Under the pieces are notes generated by a model. That model did not search any database and was not told where the DNA came from. It saw nothing but the letters and a program-made list of their open reading frames with translations. A stretch of DNA of 64,000 bases, taken from Friedmanniella sp. Lineage in GTDB: Bacteria; Actinomycetota; Actinomycetes; Propionibacteriales; Propionibacteriaceae. The first letter of the stretch is position 1. Every line of letters starts with the position of its first letter. This document shows positions 62,801 to 64,000 of this stretch, in pieces. The DNA is taken from contig JBJMIS010000026.1 in assembly GCA_045806705.1 (NCBI GenBank), positions 1,592 through 65,591 on the forward strand, given 5' to 3'. A program made the position numbers and the translations under genes.

Positions 62801-63227
62801 GCATCCCGACGCCCGGGACGCTGTTCCGGGTCTCGAAGAGCTTGGTGGTGGAGCTGTCCGCAGCCTCGGCGGCGGCTACCACGGCGTCGGCGGTGCGGGC
62901 GACGGCCGCCCGTCGCTCGCGCCCGACCTCGCCGGCAGCCTGAGCACTGCGCCCCAGCGAACGGGCGGAGGCGGCGGCGTCCGCCGACCCTGCTCCGCGG
63001 AGCTGGACGAAGACGGTCTGGAGCTTGCCAGGGTTGTCGGACAGCCGGGGGCTGAGCTTGGCGCCGGCGGCGACGGGCTGCGGATGCAGCTCCAGGGGTA
63101 CCGGCTTGGCGCGGGCGATCGAGGGCGGCGCGGCGCTGGCGCCATAGGTACCGGTGAGGGCGGTGATGGTCAGACCGACCACCACTGCACCAAGGACCGT
63201 TCGGGGGGAACGAACGAGTGCAGGTAT
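59844..63227 (-). CDS. Secreted S8 subtilase (Vpr-like) with PA domain
   Basis: IDTGIDY, GHGTHVAG, AAGN, SGTSMAAPH catalytic motifs; PA insert (GCDP...); signal peptide; start uncertain (ATA at 63227). Confidence 0.92.
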   Translation of the reverse strand: MPALVRSPRTVLGAVVVGLTITALTGTYGASAAPPSIARAKPVPLELHPQPVAAGAKLSPRLSDNPGKLQTVFVQLRGAGSADAAASARSLGRSAQAAGEVGRERRAAVARTADAVVAAAEAADSSTTKLFETRNSVPGVGMRATVKTLASVARRPDVVKITPVSERTINNASAAQLTKVLKTWQKTGQTGKGVSIGVIDTGIDYTHADFGGQGTAAAYEVAHTTAASGQPWTPTAKVVGGYDFAGDSYNADSANLADQIPRPDPNPLDCQGHGTHVAGTAAGVGVEANGKPFTGDYRTLTASKLDALKIGPGMAPSASLYALRVFGCTGSSNLVLPALDWALDPNGDGNPADHLDIVNLSLGSDFAPADDPENAVIDNLAKHGVLPVVAAGNAGDFTDANGSPGNATRALTVASSVDPRNVVDGLRVEAPSTLAGVQAGQNSVDYPWATAADVSGTVSTLSAADNLDGCDPLSPADAARVVGKVAWLEWDDNAATRACGSGDRSKNVAAAGAIGALFTSQATSEFAGGIAGSKEIPVFQLTGPASAALKPAAQNQTLRVTFSGALAGTVTVNDPSITDTLSTFSSRGNHGARGVVKPDVAAPGQSITSADTGTGNGRSTLSGTSMAAPHTAGIAALVVARHPSWNVGQVKAAVMNTATHDVYTEPNRKGLRYGPARVGSGRVDAEYATSTPVVAYSLGAGGVSVSFGVVEAPITSKTVIKSQKVRVLNTSRTATTVSLGYDPVVKQPGVRYSVSPSRVSVKGNSRVDVRVTMTVSTTSLRRTIDPTMSTTTVNTLTKTEEPRQFVPDASGHLLVTPTGRTPLRVPVYGAAKPVSQTKAAAGTDNGEPVINLTGRGVDQGSESTPSAAYQSAVSVLALGATSRKLPTCALLQTSGCVVNGSARSADLRYVGAGSFAEEGTTMANDGVLWFGVATWDRGVLQGGWKANVAIDTNGDGKTDFTVVGTTLPETDQPVSVLFDANGKPISLMSANFLAGDTDTNAYDNDVTLLPVVVSALGLPSTASTLPIRYSVTTFSPYGDPTGIDETPWVNFDVANPAVRTPWPLFVDAGGEALPYTTPSAAAAARLSATTKSGAQPEAVAADRVPALLLHLGGQTGRRAEVVNLPRS

Positions 63228-63414
63228 GACGAGCTCCTGAGGTGAAGTTTTGATCCGGACTTGGGCAGCGCTGTGCCACGCTTTCCCACCCCCGGGAGCT
63301 CGGAACCTACCTCCCACAACCCGCCTTTGTCACGGTCGGCGGGTGAGGAACTTTCTCACCCACGGCTCTCGGCGGCCGACCTTGACGACACGTCGACGAC
63401 CGGCGCTCGACGTC

Positions 63415-63456
63415 TTGCAGACGGTCGCCCTCCGACGTAGGCTCTAGATGTAGTAG
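63415..63456 (+). promoter_or_regulatory. nrdR promoter (TTGCAG-N17-TAGGCT) with overlapping NrdR box (GCTCTAGATGTAGTAG, 63441-63456)
   Basis: Hexamer spacing; CTAGATGTAG core resembles the NrdR-box consensus. Confidence 0.65.
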
Positions 63457-63471
63457 TTACAGGCGTGTCAT

Positions 63472-63546
63472 TCATCCACAAGTTGTGGTCGGTTACGCAC
63501 ACTGATCCACAGCAGGATCCACACGATCTGCACAAGGTTGTCCCCA
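63472..63546 (+). repeat. Array of six DnaA-box-like 9-mers
   Basis: TCATCCACA, TTACGCACA, TGATCCACA, GGATCCACA, ATCTGCACA, TTGTCCCCA, same orientation. Confidence 0.65.
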
Positions 63547-63580
63547 AGGACGCCGTTCGACGAGGCGAGAGGAGCCGGAG

Positions 63581-64000
63581 ATGCACTGCCCATACTGCCG
63601 GCACAACGACTCGAAAGTGCTCGACTCGCGGACCGCTGAGGACGGCGGCAGCATCCGCCGTCGTCGCCAGTGCCCTGCCTGCGAGCGTCGCTTCACGACA
63701 GTCGAGCAGATGCAGCTGGTGGTGGTGAAGCGGAGCGGGGTGGTCGAGCCTTTCCTCCGTGACAAGGTGATCAGCGGCGTTCGCAAGGCCTGCAAGGGTC
63801 GGCCCGTCACCGAGGATCAGCTGGCACGGCTCGGGCAGCTGGTGGAGGACTCGCTGCGTGCCTCAGGGCAGCCGGAGGTGCCGGCGGACGAGGTGGGGGT
63901 CGCGATTCTCGGTCCGCTCCGCGACCTCGACCAGGTGGCTTACCTCCGCTTCGCCAGCGTCTACCGGCAGTTCCGGTCCGTGGACGACTTCGAGGCCGAG
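63581..64000 (+). CDS. nrdR: Transcriptional repressor NrdR (3' end outside window)
   Basis: [17 protein letters not shown]...[19 protein letters not shown] cone, [10 protein letters not shown]. Confidence 0.98.
   Translation, partial: MHCPYCRHNDSKVLDSRTAEDGGSIRRRRQCPACERRFTTVEQMQLVVVKRSGVVEPFLRDKVISGVRKACKGRPVTEDQLARLGQLVEDSLRASGQPEVPADEVGVAILGPLRDLDQVAYLRFASVYRQFRSVDDFEAE

Noticed and set aside
63472-63546. Replication origin
   Set aside because: No dnaA/dnaN or AT-rich unwinding element; too short, more likely regulatory
1-64000. CRISPR array, tRNA/rRNA, IS elements, integrase, prophage
   Set aside because: No repeat-spacer pattern, cloverleaf or mobile-element protein seen by eye; a tRNAscan/Rfam run would be the formal check

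Overview
High-GC actinobacterial chromosome segment. Gene order (ndgR-leuCD-hup-fbiD-plsC-gpsA-ddl-thiL-ftsK, then rimO-pgsA-cinA-clgR-lhr-recA-recX-rny-gluABCD-miaB-miaA-dapF-hflX-dinG-lexA-nrdR) suggests Propionibacteriales, e.g. Friedmanniella/Microlunatus-like; this is an inference. About 1-16 kb is accessory-looking: a truncated Tat multicopper oxidase, rhmD plus an MDR dehydrogenase, an orphan histidine kinase with a degenerate ATP-binding site, an MsAcT-like SGNH acyltransferase, a 799-aa TPR-like/charged-helix protein, an extra lsr2, a TagE/GtfA-like glycosyltransferase and small proteins. About 16-64 kb is mostly core genome. I saw no rRNA, tRNA, CRISPR array, transposase, integrase or phage gene. 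The strongest non-obvious signals are regulatory: four PafBC-type (RecA-NDp) promoters (lhr, recA, dinG, the lexA-divergent gene), two with a DnaA-box-like TGTCCACA about 22-24 nt upstream; a phased array of DnaA-like boxes in the nrdR leader; a structured rny leader; and a shared G/C palindromic motif upstream of two secreted-protein genes flanking the orphan kinase. Protein-level oddities include an FbiD/CofC C-terminal fusion and probable ATA/CTG starts. All calls are from reading the sequence; no database search or computation was run. I found no single unequivocal new multi-gene system.
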